DNA of 64,000 bases, taken from the IMG/VR virus record IMGVR_UViG_3300010882_000012. One strand, given 5' to 3'. The position numbers and the translations under genes were made by a program. The notes under the pieces were generated by a model. It saw nothing but the letters and a program-made list of their open reading frames with translations, did no database searches and was not told the origin of the DNA. How positions within the stretch are numbered: position 1 is the stretch's first letter; each line of letters begins with the position of its first letter. This document shows positions 1 through 9,315 of this stretch, piece after piece. This DNA comes from a virus (taxonomy: Duplodnaviria > Caudoviricetes).

Positions 1-1
1 T

Positions 2-580
2 TGTGAAGGACTATCAGCTGCCGGAAGTTTAGCTTTGAAACGAAATCCACTAAATGATGGGATTTATGCTTTGAAAGGAAAGGTAAAGAATACTAGGTCC
101 ATAGGAGATTTAAGCAAAAATGCAGAAATTGTAGATTTGATTAACATCTTGGGACTTGAAATTGGTAAAACCAAATGCGATTATTCCAAAATTATTATCA
201 GTTGTGATGCAGATCCGGATGGACACCATATTGCAACTTTAATTATCAACTTTTTCTTTAAATGGTTTAGGTTTATCATAGAACAAGAAAAACTTTTCAT
301 TTTGATAACACCGTTAGTTTCTGTGGAAGTAAACAAGAAGCGCAAGTACTTCTATGCACTGAAAGACTTTGTAGAATACCAAAAAACTACATCTGAAAAG
401 TTTTCGAATATCCGGTATTTGAAAGGATTAGGTTCACTCGCAGCTCAAGACTGGGAAATCATAATGAACAAACGAGATTGTTTTAAAGTAACTAATGATA
501 AACAGGCAGAAAAATATCTTGAAATTGCTTTTGGAAAATCGGCAGGATTAAGAAAAAATTGGATGGAAGGTAAGCAATAA
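2..580 (+). CDS. DNA topoisomerase II, GyrB-like TOPRIM region (T4 gp39/gp60-like), 5'-partial
   Basis: Frame is open from the window start (C-EGLSA-AGSL); motifs ALKGK, DADPDGHHI, RYLKGLG. Confidence 0.9.
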   Translation, partial: CEGLSAAGSLALKRNPLNDGIYALKGKVKNTRSIGDLSKNAEIVDLINILGLEIGKTKCDYSKIIISCDADPDGHHIATLIINFFFKWFRFIIEQEKLFILITPLVSVEVNKKRKYFYALKDFVEYQKTTSEKFSNIRYLKGLGSLAAQDWEIIMNKRDCFKVTNDKQAEKYLEIAFGKSAGLRKNWMEGKQ

Positions 581-2004
581 TGAAGACAGTAAAAGAAACA
601 AAGGTAAAATCAAAGATAATCAAACTTAATGTCAGTTCTCAAGTTGATGTTAATTTCCGTGAGTATGCACTTTACGTTTTAGAGAATAGAGGAATTCCAG
701 ATTGGCATGATTCAATTAATAATGTGCAAAGAATTATCCTTAATAATGCAAAACCATCTTATGATAAAACTTTAACACTCGTAGGTAGCTGTATTTCGGA
801 TGGATACCATCATGGAGATTCTTCAGTTGGTGGTGCTATTAACAAAATTACGCGTCCATTTGGTTGTGCCGAGCAACTTTTACTCGGTGATGGATTTTTT
901 GGTTCTCCTTACAAACATGAACCTGCGGCGCCTCGTTACACTTCTGTAAAAATCAATCCTGATATTTCAAAAATCATTAAAGAGAATGGATTTCTTAATA
1001 CTAAAGATGATGAAGGAAAGTACAATCCATTACATGTGAATTTACCTGTTGGACTTGCTACTTTTGTAATTGGTATTGCAGTTGGTTACAGTTCTACTAT
1101 TTTACCTCGTAATCTAGATGATATCAAAAAGTTCTTAGAAGGGAAGAAAAAAGAAGTAAAACCATACTTTAAAAATTTTAAAGGAACTATCAAAAGATAT
1201 CAAAATCTTGATAAAACTTGGCTTATTGAAGGAGCTGTAGAGTACGATGATTTTCGTCAACGAATTTCAATAACAGATTTACCTCCTATTATGAAACCAG
1301 CGAATTTCATTAAGAAGCTAGAAAAAATTATTGACGACCATAATGGTAAGTGTGTACTAACTAACAAATCCTCTGAGAATATCGATTTAACCATTAGATT
1401 TACCGGTTTTAAGAATGAATGGGACCATTTCAAAACTATGATTGCTAAAGCAACAAAAATTTTAGTAACCGAAACACCCGTATTTGTGAAAGATGGTTTA
1501 GTAATTCAGTATGATAAAATTGAAGACTATCTTACTGATTTCAAGTACAGAATTGGCGAGATTGCTTTTAAAAGAACAGAATACTTTTACAATGAAACAT
1601 GTTTTGATTTAGAATACAATAAAGCAAAGAAAGAGTATTTTGAGTTCATGTTAAAACAGAAAAGAAAAGAAGAAGAAGTTGTTGAATTTTTAAAAAAATT
1701 TAGCAAACAGATAGCAGGAAAACTTAATGCAATCTTTTTACACTACCTTAACAACGAAGAACTTGCAAGAACTATTGAAAAAATTAAGGAACTTGAACTT
1801 TTGAAAAAAGAAAGAAAAAAACTGATGGATGATGAAAAAAAGATTTTCTCTAAATTAGTTGATGTTTCAATTGCTAGAGGTATTAAGAATAAAGCTGTAA
1901 AGAATCTTTTTGATGAAATGAGTGATGTAGATGGTATTGAGTTTTTTAATGCAGAAGATGATTTAGAAATTCAAGAAGAACAAGATACGGAAGAACATGA
2001 TTGA
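580..2004 (+). CDS. gp52: DNA topoisomerase II medium subunit (GyrA/ParC-like, T4 gp52)
   Basis: YHHGDSS and AAPRYT (catalytic Tyr) motifs; coupled to the TOPRIM gene. Confidence 0.92.
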   Translation: MKTVKETKVKSKIIKLNVSSQVDVNFREYALYVLENRGIPDWHDSINNVQRIILNNAKPSYDKTLTLVGSCISDGYHHGDSSVGGAINKITRPFGCAEQLLLGDGFFGSPYKHEPAAPRYTSVKINPDISKIIKENGFLNTKDDEGKYNPLHVNLPVGLATFVIGIAVGYSSTILPRNLDDIKKFLEGKKKEVKPYFKNFKGTIKRYQNLDKTWLIEGAVEYDDFRQRISITDLPPIMKPANFIKKLEKIIDDHNGKCVLTNKSSENIDLTIRFTGFKNEWDHFKTMIAKATKILVTETPVFVKDGLVIQYDKIEDYLTDFKYRIGEIAFKRTEYFYNETCFDLEYNKAKKEYFEFMLKQKRKEEEVVEFLKKFSKQIAGKLNAIFLHYLNNEELARTIEKIKELELLKKERKKLMDDEKKIFSKLVDVSIARGIKNKAVKNLFDEMSDVDGIEFFNAEDDLEIQEEQDTEEHD

Positions 2005-2176
2005 TGAAGAAATGTTAAAAAAGGCTCTAGGACCTAACGGATATCAAGAATGGATGAATCGATTTGTTTTTATTAAACCGGAAACTAACAAGGAAAAAGA
2101 GTTTTTTGATAATCAAACAGAAAAGTATTGTCAAGAAATTAACAAAAAATGTGCAAAAACAATTTTAAGATACTAA
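1997..2176 (+). CDS. small hypothetical protein (59 aa, MIDEEMLKK...ILRY), not in the ORF track
   Basis: Hand-translated; overlaps the gp52 stop and fills the gap in the operon. Confidence 0.55.
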   Translation: MIDEEMLKKALGPNGYQEWMNRFVFIKPETNKEKEFFDNQTEKYCQEINKKCAKTILRY

Positions 2177-2192
2177 AAACAACTAAGATAAA

Positions 2193-2693
2193 ATGAAAAA
2201 TCTAAAACCAAAAAGAGTAATTTCAAGTAGAGATTATCCGGAATATGGAAACAATTGTCCAGATTCAGATTGGCAGGCAGCACGACTCTTTAATGAACAT
2301 CCTGAATTTGATATTAAATCAAAGCCATACAAATTCAAAGGATTAGTAAAAACTAACACAAGATCTCATGGTTGGCATGTAGAATTTAATGGTGAGTACT
2401 TTATTGTATTGCAGCATAGAATGTATGGAGCAAGCGAGTATGTTTCTGTTTTTTACACTAACTCAAAACAAGATTTTGATGGTAGTTGTAGACCAATTAA
2501 AAGATTTGCAACTATGATTGATATTGAAACAGTTGCAGATGACTTTTTTGCTAACTATGAACAGTATGCTAAAGAATTCAGAGATGAATTAGATAAAGAA
2601 AAAGAACAAAAAGAATTAGAAAAACAGAAAAAGTATGAAGAGTACTTAAAGACAAAAAAGCATGAAAATCATGCAAAACTTTTGCAAAATTAG
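2193..2693 (+). CDS. hypothetical protein
   Basis: 166-aa ORF in operon. Confidence 0.6.
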   Translation: MKNLKPKRVISSRDYPEYGNNCPDSDWQAARLFNEHPEFDIKSKPYKFKGLVKTNTRSHGWHVEFNGEYFIVLQHRMYGASEYVSVFYTNSKQDFDGSCRPIKRFATMIDIETVADDFFANYEQYAKEFRDELDKEKEQKELEKQKKYEEYLKTKKHENHAKLLQN

Positions 2694-2701
2694 GCATAAA
2701 A
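2676..2701 (+). promoter_or_regulatory. putative middle-type promoter AAACTTTT-N12/13-(A/T)TAAAA
   Basis: Same layout (AAACTTTT.GCAAA.T...TAAAA) at 20389-20415, upstream of gp55. Confidence 0.35.
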
Positions 2702-2723
2702 ATTAAAATTAAAATACTAGAAA

Positions 2724-3476
2724 ATGGCACAGAACTTAAATTTAAAGATCAGTAAAGCAGCTAAATTAATTAACTTTTTAAACAAATTCTCACCTATTGA
2801 TAATTCTTTGTTAATAGAAATGAATGAAACTGAAATGAAAGCAAAAAATTACACCGTTGAAAAAGCGTTAGTAAAGTATTCAGCAATTCCATTATCTGAA
2901 ATTTTTTCAGAATACTCTGAAATTAAAGGAGATTTAAAATTTGGAGTTCATAACATCAAAAGGTTGGTAGAAACTTGCAAATTTTTCGGAGATACTGAAT
3001 TTGATATGACACTTGAATGTAGTAAAATCAATGGAGAAACAATTGGAACTTTAATCGTTTTTAAAAATTCAATTTTAACTCTTGAATTTCAATGTGCGCC
3101 CTTAAAATTGCTTAATTATGTTGATGATAATACTTTAAACAAAAAAGTATTCGGTGATTTGACTAATGCAAAAGTAGAGTTTGCACTTTCAAAAGAAAAT
3201 TATGGTAAAGTTCTTTCACTCTTCAAACTTGAAGATACACCAAAAGTTACTTTCGTAAAGAAAGGAAAGAAAGTTACTATCAAAGGTTCTTCTTTTGAAA
3301 TTCTTGTGGTTGAAGATGATAATTTGAAAACTTTACCAGATCATTCATTATCTACTTTGAAAACTCACTATGGATACTTAGACAATGAAAACCAAGATGC
3401 TTACTTGATGGATGATAGAATAGTTTTCATTTCAAAAGAAAGTGATACTAAAATTACTATCGGAGAAGCAGACTAA
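2724..3476 (+). CDS. DNA polymerase sliding clamp (gp45-like)
   Basis: 250 aa; N-terminal 'FLNKFSPIDNSLLI' resembles gp45; replication-module context. Confidence 0.6.
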   Translation: MAQNLNLKISKAAKLINFLNKFSPIDNSLLIEMNETEMKAKNYTVEKALVKYSAIPLSEIFSEYSEIKGDLKFGVHNIKRLVETCKFFGDTEFDMTLECSKINGETIGTLIVFKNSILTLEFQCAPLKLLNYVDDNTLNKKVFGDLTNAKVEFALSKENYGKVLSLFKLEDTPKVTFVKKGKKVTIKGSSFEILVVEDDNLKTLPDHSLSTLKTHYGYLDNENQDAYLMDDRIVFISKESDTKITIGEAD

Positions 3477-4129
3477 TGATAGCAATAACACCTCCTGTTT
3501 CAGTCAGAGAGTTAAACCGATACACAATTTGGATGACTCGAAGAAAAATTGAGTATCGAATTTTAGAACATGATGAATTTTTGCAAAAAGATGATGTTTT
3601 AATGTTGTGTGGAGGTTCTGATTTTGGAACTAACAAAGAAAGAGATAGAAGAGAACTTGAATTATTACATCAAGCATTTGAATGGCATATTCCAATTGTA
3701 GGAATATGCAGAGGAATGCAGGTTTGTAATATTGCAATGGGAGGAACAGTAAAGGACCTCAATGAAACAGGTTGTAAAACACATCAAGAAGTTGCAGCAA
3801 CTATTGGAGATTCAGCAACTGATAAAATGAAACAATCTAAATTTCATGAGGTCCATATTATTAAATCATGGGGGCGAGATTCTAATCAAAGATTAGGTTC
3901 TAGAATAACAGTAAATTCAAGACATCATCAAATGATAGATTTGCTAGCACCTAATTTGCAACTTGATGGATACTGTGTTGGTGATGATGTTCCTGAAATT
4001 GCACTTAATAATTCAATTAGATTGGTACAATGGCACCCAGAATTTGATGAAGTCTATGATAGTGATTGTGAAATTTACGTTAGTAATTGGATAAAAGAAA
4101 AAATTAAAGAACAGAATGATAGAAGTTAA
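3476..4129 (+). CDS. class I glutamine amidotransferase / peptidase C26 (gamma-glutamyl hydrolase family)
   Basis: GGSD, RD..E, GICRGMQ nucleophile elbow, VNSRHHQ, QWHPE. Confidence 0.88.
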   Translation: MIAITPPVSVRELNRYTIWMTRRKIEYRILEHDEFLQKDDVLMLCGGSDFGTNKERDRRELELLHQAFEWHIPIVGICRGMQVCNIAMGGTVKDLNETGCKTHQEVAATIGDSATDKMKQSKFHEVHIIKSWGRDSNQRLGSRITVNSRHHQMIDLLAPNLQLDGYCVGDDVPEIALNNSIRLVQWHPEFDEVYDSDCEIYVSNWIKEKIKEQNDRS

Positions 4130-5297
4130 AGAATTCAAGTTTGCTAAACTTAGTGAACAACCAACAATAGAAGAAATTGATAAAGAAATTAAAAGATTAG
4201 GAAAGCTTGAAAGAGACTATCATAATGAAGAACAAGCAATTAAGATTTTTTTGAATTCCATGTATGGTGCCTTAGCTAGCCAATACTTTATGGCAGCTAA
4301 TACTGATATGGCAGAAGCAATTACTTTACAAGGTCAAAATATCATCCAAACATCAGCCACTCTTTTGGATAATTACTTTAAGAATTTCTGGCATAAAGAT
4401 AAGGATCTTCACAAAAAATTAGGAATTACAAAAGTTGCTGAAGTTACTTGTGAAGTAGCCAAATATGGTGATACTGATTCAGTCTATGCTACTCTACAAG
4501 AAGCTTTTTTAGGAACAGACTATCAAAAAGAGCCATATCAATTTGTTCTTGATGTTTACGAATACAGGCTAAAAGATTATCTTCAAAAAGGAATGGAGAA
4601 ACTTGCAGAAAAGTACAATACAAAGAACATCCAGAAATTTGAACTTGAAACAATTTCTCGTTCTATGTTACTCATAGCTAAGAAAAAGTACATCCTTGAT
4701 ATTGCTTGGCAGGCTCCTGATATTTTCTATGGTCCTCAACAAAAGATTAAACCAAAAGGAGTTGAAATTGTACAGTCTTCAACACCGATTTTCTCTCGTA
4801 AAATCCTTAAAGACATCCTTAAAGTTATCTTGACTGAAAAAAAAGATTTGAATGTTAAAGAATTCATTAAACAACTACGAGTGTATAAAGAGAAATTTTT
4901 AACATCTGAAATTAGTGATATTGCTTTACAGGCGGGAATTAATGACTATGCTAAAGGAATCGCAAATGATACTGAAAAATTTGAAGTTAATTCAAGATGT
5001 CCAATTTATGTTAGAGCAGCAGGATATTACAACTATTTGATTAACAATAATCCTAAACTAAAGAAAAAGTACTCTTTGATTAAAACGGGTGATAAAGTAA
5101 AATTCTACTATTCAACAGACCATTTTTGTAATGTTTTTGCTTTTCCGGTTGGTCAGTGGTGTCCAGAAATTGCACCGTCAATTGATTATGATGCTCATTT
5201 TCAAAGAGTATTGTTAGATGCAGTAAACCGATTAATAAAACCATTAGGATTTCCTGGATTTGATTCAGACCTCATTATTTCGAAAAAACTTTTTTAA
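4116..5297 (+). CDS. family B DNA polymerase, C-terminal half only (split gp43B-like)
   Basis: KIFLNSMYG (motif B), YGDTDS (motif C), KKKY, KGVE; exonuclease domain and motif A absent. Confidence 0.9.
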   Translation: MIEVKEFKFAKLSEQPTIEEIDKEIKRLGKLERDYHNEEQAIKIFLNSMYGALASQYFMAANTDMAEAITLQGQNIIQTSATLLDNYFKNFWHKDKDLHKKLGITKVAEVTCEVAKYGDTDSVYATLQEAFLGTDYQKEPYQFVLDVYEYRLKDYLQKGMEKLAEKYNTKNIQKFELETISRSMLLIAKKKYILDIAWQAPDIFYGPQQKIKPKGVEIVQSSTPIFSRKILKDILKVILTEKKDLNVKEFIKQLRVYKEKFLTSEISDIALQAGINDYAKGIANDTEKFEVNSRCPIYVRAAGYYNYLINNNPKLKKKYSLIKTGDKVKFYYSTDHFCNVFAFPVGQWCPEIAPSIDYDAHFQRVLLDAVNRLIKPLGFPGFDSDLIISKKLF

Positions 5298-5313
5298 AAT
5301 AACAACAATAGTA

Positions 5314-5493
5314 ATGGAAGTTACAAAACATGGATCATGGTATGAGAAAAAAGTTGATAATAAATGCTCTAAATGTGGGTGTGAATTCACAGTAGATGTA
5401 AAAGAACTTACCGTAGTTAATTGTTATCATGACATCATAACATTTTCAATAGACTGTCCGGAATGTGGCAAGAAAATGCTATTCCAATCTTAA
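5314..5493 (+). CDS. small zinc-ribbon protein
   Basis: CSKCG...CPECG; probable start MEVTK. Confidence 0.6.
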   Translation: MEVTKHGSWYEKKVDNKCSKCGCEFTVDVKELTVVNCYHDIITFSIDCPECGKKMLFQS

Positions 5494-5508
5494 AAATAGT
5501 CAAAATTA

Positions 5509-5814
5509 ATGGCAAAAAAAGAATCATCTCTAAAAAGTGAGATGTCATTTATAGAACTTGATAATTTACTTTCAAAAGTAGATCCAAGAGGCTCAATATC
5601 AACAATTAACACTTTCTCTAAAATAGACGATTTCATAGATACTGGTAACTATCTGTTTAATGCTCAGATATCCGGGAGTTTATTTGGTGGTATACCGAAT
5701 TGTAGAACAGTTGCATTAGCAGGAGAAACTGGCTGTGTAGCTAAGTCTCAAAAAATACGAGTATATAGATTAAAGAGTATATCAAATGGATTCCACAATG
5801 TTATTATTGAATGA
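5509..5814 (+). CDS. uvsX: UvsX/RecA recombinase N-terminal fragment (75 aa) fused to split-intein N part (26 aa)
   Basis: IDTGNYLFNAQISGSLFGGIP..ALAGETG followed by CVAKSQKI (intein block A). Confidence 0.9.
   Translation: MAKKESSLKSEMSFIELDNLLSKVDPRGSISTINTFSKIDDFIDTGNYLFNAQISGSLFGGIPNCRTVALAGETGCVAKSQKIRVYRLKSISNGFHNVIIE
5734..5811 (+). mobile_element. split intein N fragment (UvsX IntN, 26 aa)
   Basis: Starts with Cys directly after the Walker A half GETG. Confidence 0.85.
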
Positions 5815-7045
5815 GTTGTTTTTTACTAAAGTACCAAAACTTTCTAGAAAGTACAAACTTTTAGAAAATCCAAGGTCTAAAAAAGAAATGCTAAAAATTT
5901 TACAAAATAGTTACAGTTATTCTAAAAATCCAGTAATTACTATTGTAGAAAATCATTATAATGATTATCTTAAAAAGTTTTTAGAATTTCATGAAAGTAA
6001 AACTAAGGTAAGCAAAGGAATGTGTAATCTTCCACAGCAAATTTTTTCATTCTGGGAAACGCATAATACAAGAATAAACTTTTACATTTGCAGGGGCTAT
6101 ACAGAAGAAGAATCTTTACATTTAAGAGGCATTAGACAATCAACAATGAACAATAATACACAAGAAAAAGTTGAAAAACGTAAAAAGACGATGGAATTAA
6201 AATCTCCGGAAGAACAAAATCGGATTAATAATGCAAAAGGAAATTGTAATAGATGGGAATGGTATTTAGATAAGATTAATTCTATAACTGGTGAAGTTTT
6301 TACAGAATTAGAAGCAAGAGAAAAAGTTAGATTAAAACAACAAAAAGCTACATTAGGATTATGGAAAAAGGTAAAAAATGGTGAAATTGAGTATTATACA
6401 AATTGTAATGTTAATTTTTACATCAAGTATAAAGGATTGAATTATGATGAAGCAGTACAAGAATTAACAAAAAGACAAGAAACGTTTTCATTAGAAGTTT
6501 GTATTGAAAAATATGGTAAAGAAGAAGGTATAAAAAGATGGGAAAGACGTCAGAAAAAATGGCAAGAAACTATGGATACTAAATCTGATGAAGAAAAAAA
6601 GCGTATAAACATTGCTAAAACTAGAAAATTACCAAGATTTTCTAAATCATCGGCAGATCTTTTTGATTTAGTATTAGGAGACGGATTATTTACAAATTAT
6701 GACGTTTATTACAAAGATAAAGAGTACTTTGTTTATGATAATGAAAAAAAGAGGATTTTTTATTATGATTTTGTTATACCAGAATTAAAAGTTTGTATTG
6801 AATATCAAGGTATAACATATCATCCTCATCCTAATTTAACAGAAAATGAGAAACAAAAATGGATAGAACCATATAGTAAGTTAAATTATTGGGAATGTCA
6901 AAAATTTGACAATTATAAAAACAATCTTATAATAACAAAGGGATATGATTTGTTAATAGTATGGGAAACTGATAAAAACAAGTTTGAAACTATCCGTACA
7001 TTTTTAAAAACAAAAAAAGACGAATATGAACGAATTACAAATTAA
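5786..7045 (+). CDS. free-standing homing endonuclease, Vsr-like PD-(D/E)XK nuclease at C-terminus
   Basis: YDFVIPELKVCIEYQGITYH...LIVWE; RQETFSLEVCIEKYG block shared with 10058..11215; lies between the uvsX halves. Confidence 0.8.
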   Translation: MDSTMLLLNELFFTKVPKLSRKYKLLENPRSKKEMLKILQNSYSYSKNPVITIVENHYNDYLKKFLEFHESKTKVSKGMCNLPQQIFSFWETHNTRINFYICRGYTEEESLHLRGIRQSTMNNNTQEKVEKRKKTMELKSPEEQNRINNAKGNCNRWEWYLDKINSITGEVFTELEAREKVRLKQQKATLGLWKKVKNGEIEYYTNCNVNFYIKYKGLNYDEAVQELTKRQETFSLEVCIEKYGKEEGIKRWERRQKKWQETMDTKSDEEKKRINIAKTRKLPRFSKSSADLFDLVLGDGLFTNYDVYYKDKEYFVYDNEKKRIFYYDFVIPELKVCIEYQGITYHPHPNLTENEKQKWIEPYSKLNYWECQKFDNYKNNLIITKGYDLLIVWETDKNKFETIRTFLKTKKDEYERITN

Positions 7046-7499
7046 GAATGAACTACTTTCTTTTATAGAATGGACTGAAGAAAAATTATCAAGAGAGTTA
7101 AAGAATAGGTCATTATTTGAGATTTTTAATGAACATTGTGAAAAATATGCAGAGTATAAAACAGCTAAAGAAATAGTAGATGAATTTCAACATACTAGTT
7201 TTTTAATAGATACACCAGATGGATTTCAAGAAATTGGTGATTTTTATGTTAAGCATAAACGCAATATTCATCATGTGATATTTGAAAATTACCAAATTAA
7301 AGTTTCATCAGATCATCTTCTTGAGACTAAATCTGGATTTAAGCATACTAAAAATCTTAAAAATGGTGATGAAATTTTAACAAAATTAGGATTTATACCA
7401 ATAATTTCAAATGATATTGTTTCATTTGAAGAAGTTTATGATTGGGAAGTTTTACACAAAAATCACAGATATTGGTGCGATGGAGTTTCTTCGCATAAT
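7026..7499 (+). mobile_element. split intein C fragment (UvsX IntC)
   Basis: Ends His-Asn, +1 residue Thr. Confidence 0.88.
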
Positions 7500-8537
7500 A
7501 CAGGTAAAACGTTTTTGGCGCTTAATCTTTGTAGAGGTGCACAAAAGAAAGGATATCACATAATTTACTGTGATACAGAGGCAGCAGTAGATGAGAAACA
7601 ATTCAGAAAATTTGGATTAGATCCCGAAAAAGTTAGGTATCAGCCTGTTAATACACCAGCAGAGTTTAAGTTCTTTGTTTCTAACCTCTTAAAACAATTG
7701 AAAGATGCTCGTGCGGCAGGTAAGCAAGTTCCTAAAATTATGATGGTACTCGACTCACTTGGAAATCTTGCTACATCTAAAGAACGTAATGATGCTTTAG
7801 AAGGTAAAGAAAAAAGAGATATGACAAAACAACAAGAATTACGTTCTCTTTTTCGTATTATTACAATGGATTTAGCAGAGGCAAAAATTCCATTTGTGTT
7901 AACTAATCATAGTTATGCAGCGGTTGGTGCCTATGTTCCTACCGATGTTTTTGCAGGTGGCGGCGGTGCACTTTACAATTCTTCATTCATTGCTTTTCTT
8001 TACAAAGCGCAACTTAAAGAGGATAAGCCAAAAGATGATGAGAATAGTGATGTAGATATGAAAGCAACAGGAATTGTTGTACGGTCAAAACCTCACAAAT
8101 CAAGATTTGCAAAACCAATTCAGATTAGATTTCACATCTCATTCTTTAAAGGCATGAATCCCTATGTTGGTCTTGAAGATTTCATTTCTTGGAAAAATTG
8201 TGGAATTGAAAAAGGTAACTTGGTTTCAAAATCTGAGTATGAGAAACTAACTCCAGGAGATAAAGCAAAAGCAGATGTTTTTGAGTTTAACGGAAAAACC
8301 ATGTACTTTGTACCAAAAGCAAGTGCAATGCGTTATATCGTAAAACACTTGGGAGATGGAGTTAAAGCAAATCAACTTTTTACACCGGAAGTTTTCACAG
8401 AAGAAGCTCTTAGAGAACTTGATGAAAAAGTTATTAAACCTACTTTCATGTTGCCAGATGTTAATGATATCTACGAAATTGATGATTATGTTGATGAAGA
8501 GTTAGAAGAAACAGAAGAAAATTTGATAGAAGATTAA
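7026..8537 (+). CDS. uvsX: split-intein C part (158 aa) fused to UvsX/RecA C-terminal fragment
   Basis: DTPDGF, SSDHLL (block B), VYDWEV (F), SSHN|T (G); then TGKT, YCDTEAA, VLDSLGNL, GGGG. Confidence 0.92.
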   Translation: MNELQIKNELLSFIEWTEEKLSRELKNRSLFEIFNEHCEKYAEYKTAKEIVDEFQHTSFLIDTPDGFQEIGDFYVKHKRNIHHVIFENYQIKVSSDHLLETKSGFKHTKNLKNGDEILTKLGFIPIISNDIVSFEEVYDWEVLHKNHRYWCDGVSSHNTGKTFLALNLCRGAQKKGYHIIYCDTEAAVDEKQFRKFGLDPEKVRYQPVNTPAEFKFFVSNLLKQLKDARAAGKQVPKIMMVLDSLGNLATSKERNDALEGKEKRDMTKQQELRSLFRIITMDLAEAKIPFVLTNHSYAAVGAYVPTDVFAGGGGALYNSSFIAFLYKAQLKEDKPKDDENSDVDMKATGIVVRSKPHKSRFAKPIQIRFHISFFKGMNPYVGLEDFISWKNCGIEKGNLVSKSEYEKLTPGDKAKADVFEFNGKTMYFVPKASAMRYIVKHLGDGVKANQLFTPEVFTEEALRELDEKVIKPTFMLPDVNDIYEIDDYVDEELEETEENLIED

Positions 8538-8764
8538 TGACACGAAATATCACAATAATCGTAGATAAAGTTTGGTTGAATTATCATGAAGATGATGTTT
8601 TAAGTTTTCAATATCCAATAGAATGGACTTTAGAAGAAAAAGAAAGCTGGAAAGAAAGAAATGATGATTTAATTTTAATGTTTCAAAATACCGCCAAAAA
8701 TGCTATGGAAAAAATGAAGGAAGAAAAAATTTTTGATGTAGATGGAACTGAAATTAAATCGTAG
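8537..8764 (+). CDS. hypothetical protein
   Basis: Coupled ORF in operon. Confidence 0.55.
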   Translation: MTRNITIIVDKVWLNYHEDDVLSFQYPIEWTLEEKESWKERNDDLILMFQNTAKNAMEKMKEEKIFDVDGTEIKS

Positions 8765-9077
8765 TAAGTTAAAACTGAAACACTTTCTTAATGTGCAAAA
8801 AGAATGCAAAAATTATCCGACTGATGAAGATTATCTTTACGAATTAATTAGTGCACTTGAAGAAAATGATATGTTGTATGAACCATTTACATCAACTTTC
8901 TCAAAACGTAATGTCAAAAGTTTTACCAAATCTCTACCAGAAGATGATGAAGAAAAACCATTAGTTAAACATCTTGAAAAATTAAAGAGTTTAACAGAAG
9001 AAGGAATTTTAGAAATGATAGAAGAAGGTGGAGTTAATAAATCAAAATTTAAACTAAAAACACATCCCTGGTTATGA
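8742..9077 (+). CDS. hypothetical protein
   Basis: Coupled ORF in operon. Confidence 0.6.
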   Translation: MELKLNRSKLKLKHFLNVQKECKNYPTDEDYLYELISALEENDMLYEPFTSTFSKRNVKSFTKSLPEDDEEKPLVKHLEKLKSLTEEGILEMIEEGGVNKSKFKLKTHPWL

Positions 9078-9313
9078 TAGCAATACCTGTTCCATTAGCA
9101 ATACTTGTCTTTTTTATTGTACTTTTTGCTATAATGATAATTGTAGCAAGAAATTGGGAAGCAAGAGATTTTAATAATGGCTTTTGTCCTCATTGTGGTA
9201 GAAAATTAAGATACTTTGACTCTGACAGTCAAGGTGGTAGAGGATACCGTTGTGATGCTTGCGAGTACACAACTTGGTGTTCATATGCAGTAGACAAAAA
9301 TTACGAAAATTAA
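9074..9313 (+). CDS. membrane-anchored zinc-ribbon protein
   Basis: Hydrophobic N-terminus, CPHCG...CDAC. Confidence 0.6.
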   Translation: MIAIPVPLAILVFFIVLFAIMIIVARNWEARDFNNGFCPHCGRKLRYFDSDSQGGRGYRCDACEYTTWCSYAVDKNYEN

Positions 9314-9315
9314 GA

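Noticed and set aside
4215-4235. DYHN near the PolB N-terminus as an intein C-end
   Set aside because: Next residue is Glu rather than Cys/Ser/Thr, and there are no upstream intein blocks
5786-7045. Group I intron or double frameshift joining the uvsX or helicase halves
   Set aside because: The endonuclease ORFs fill the intervals (overlaps or gaps of 10 nt or less), leaving no room for a ribozyme core; each C-half has its own ATG and each pair has complementary intein blocks
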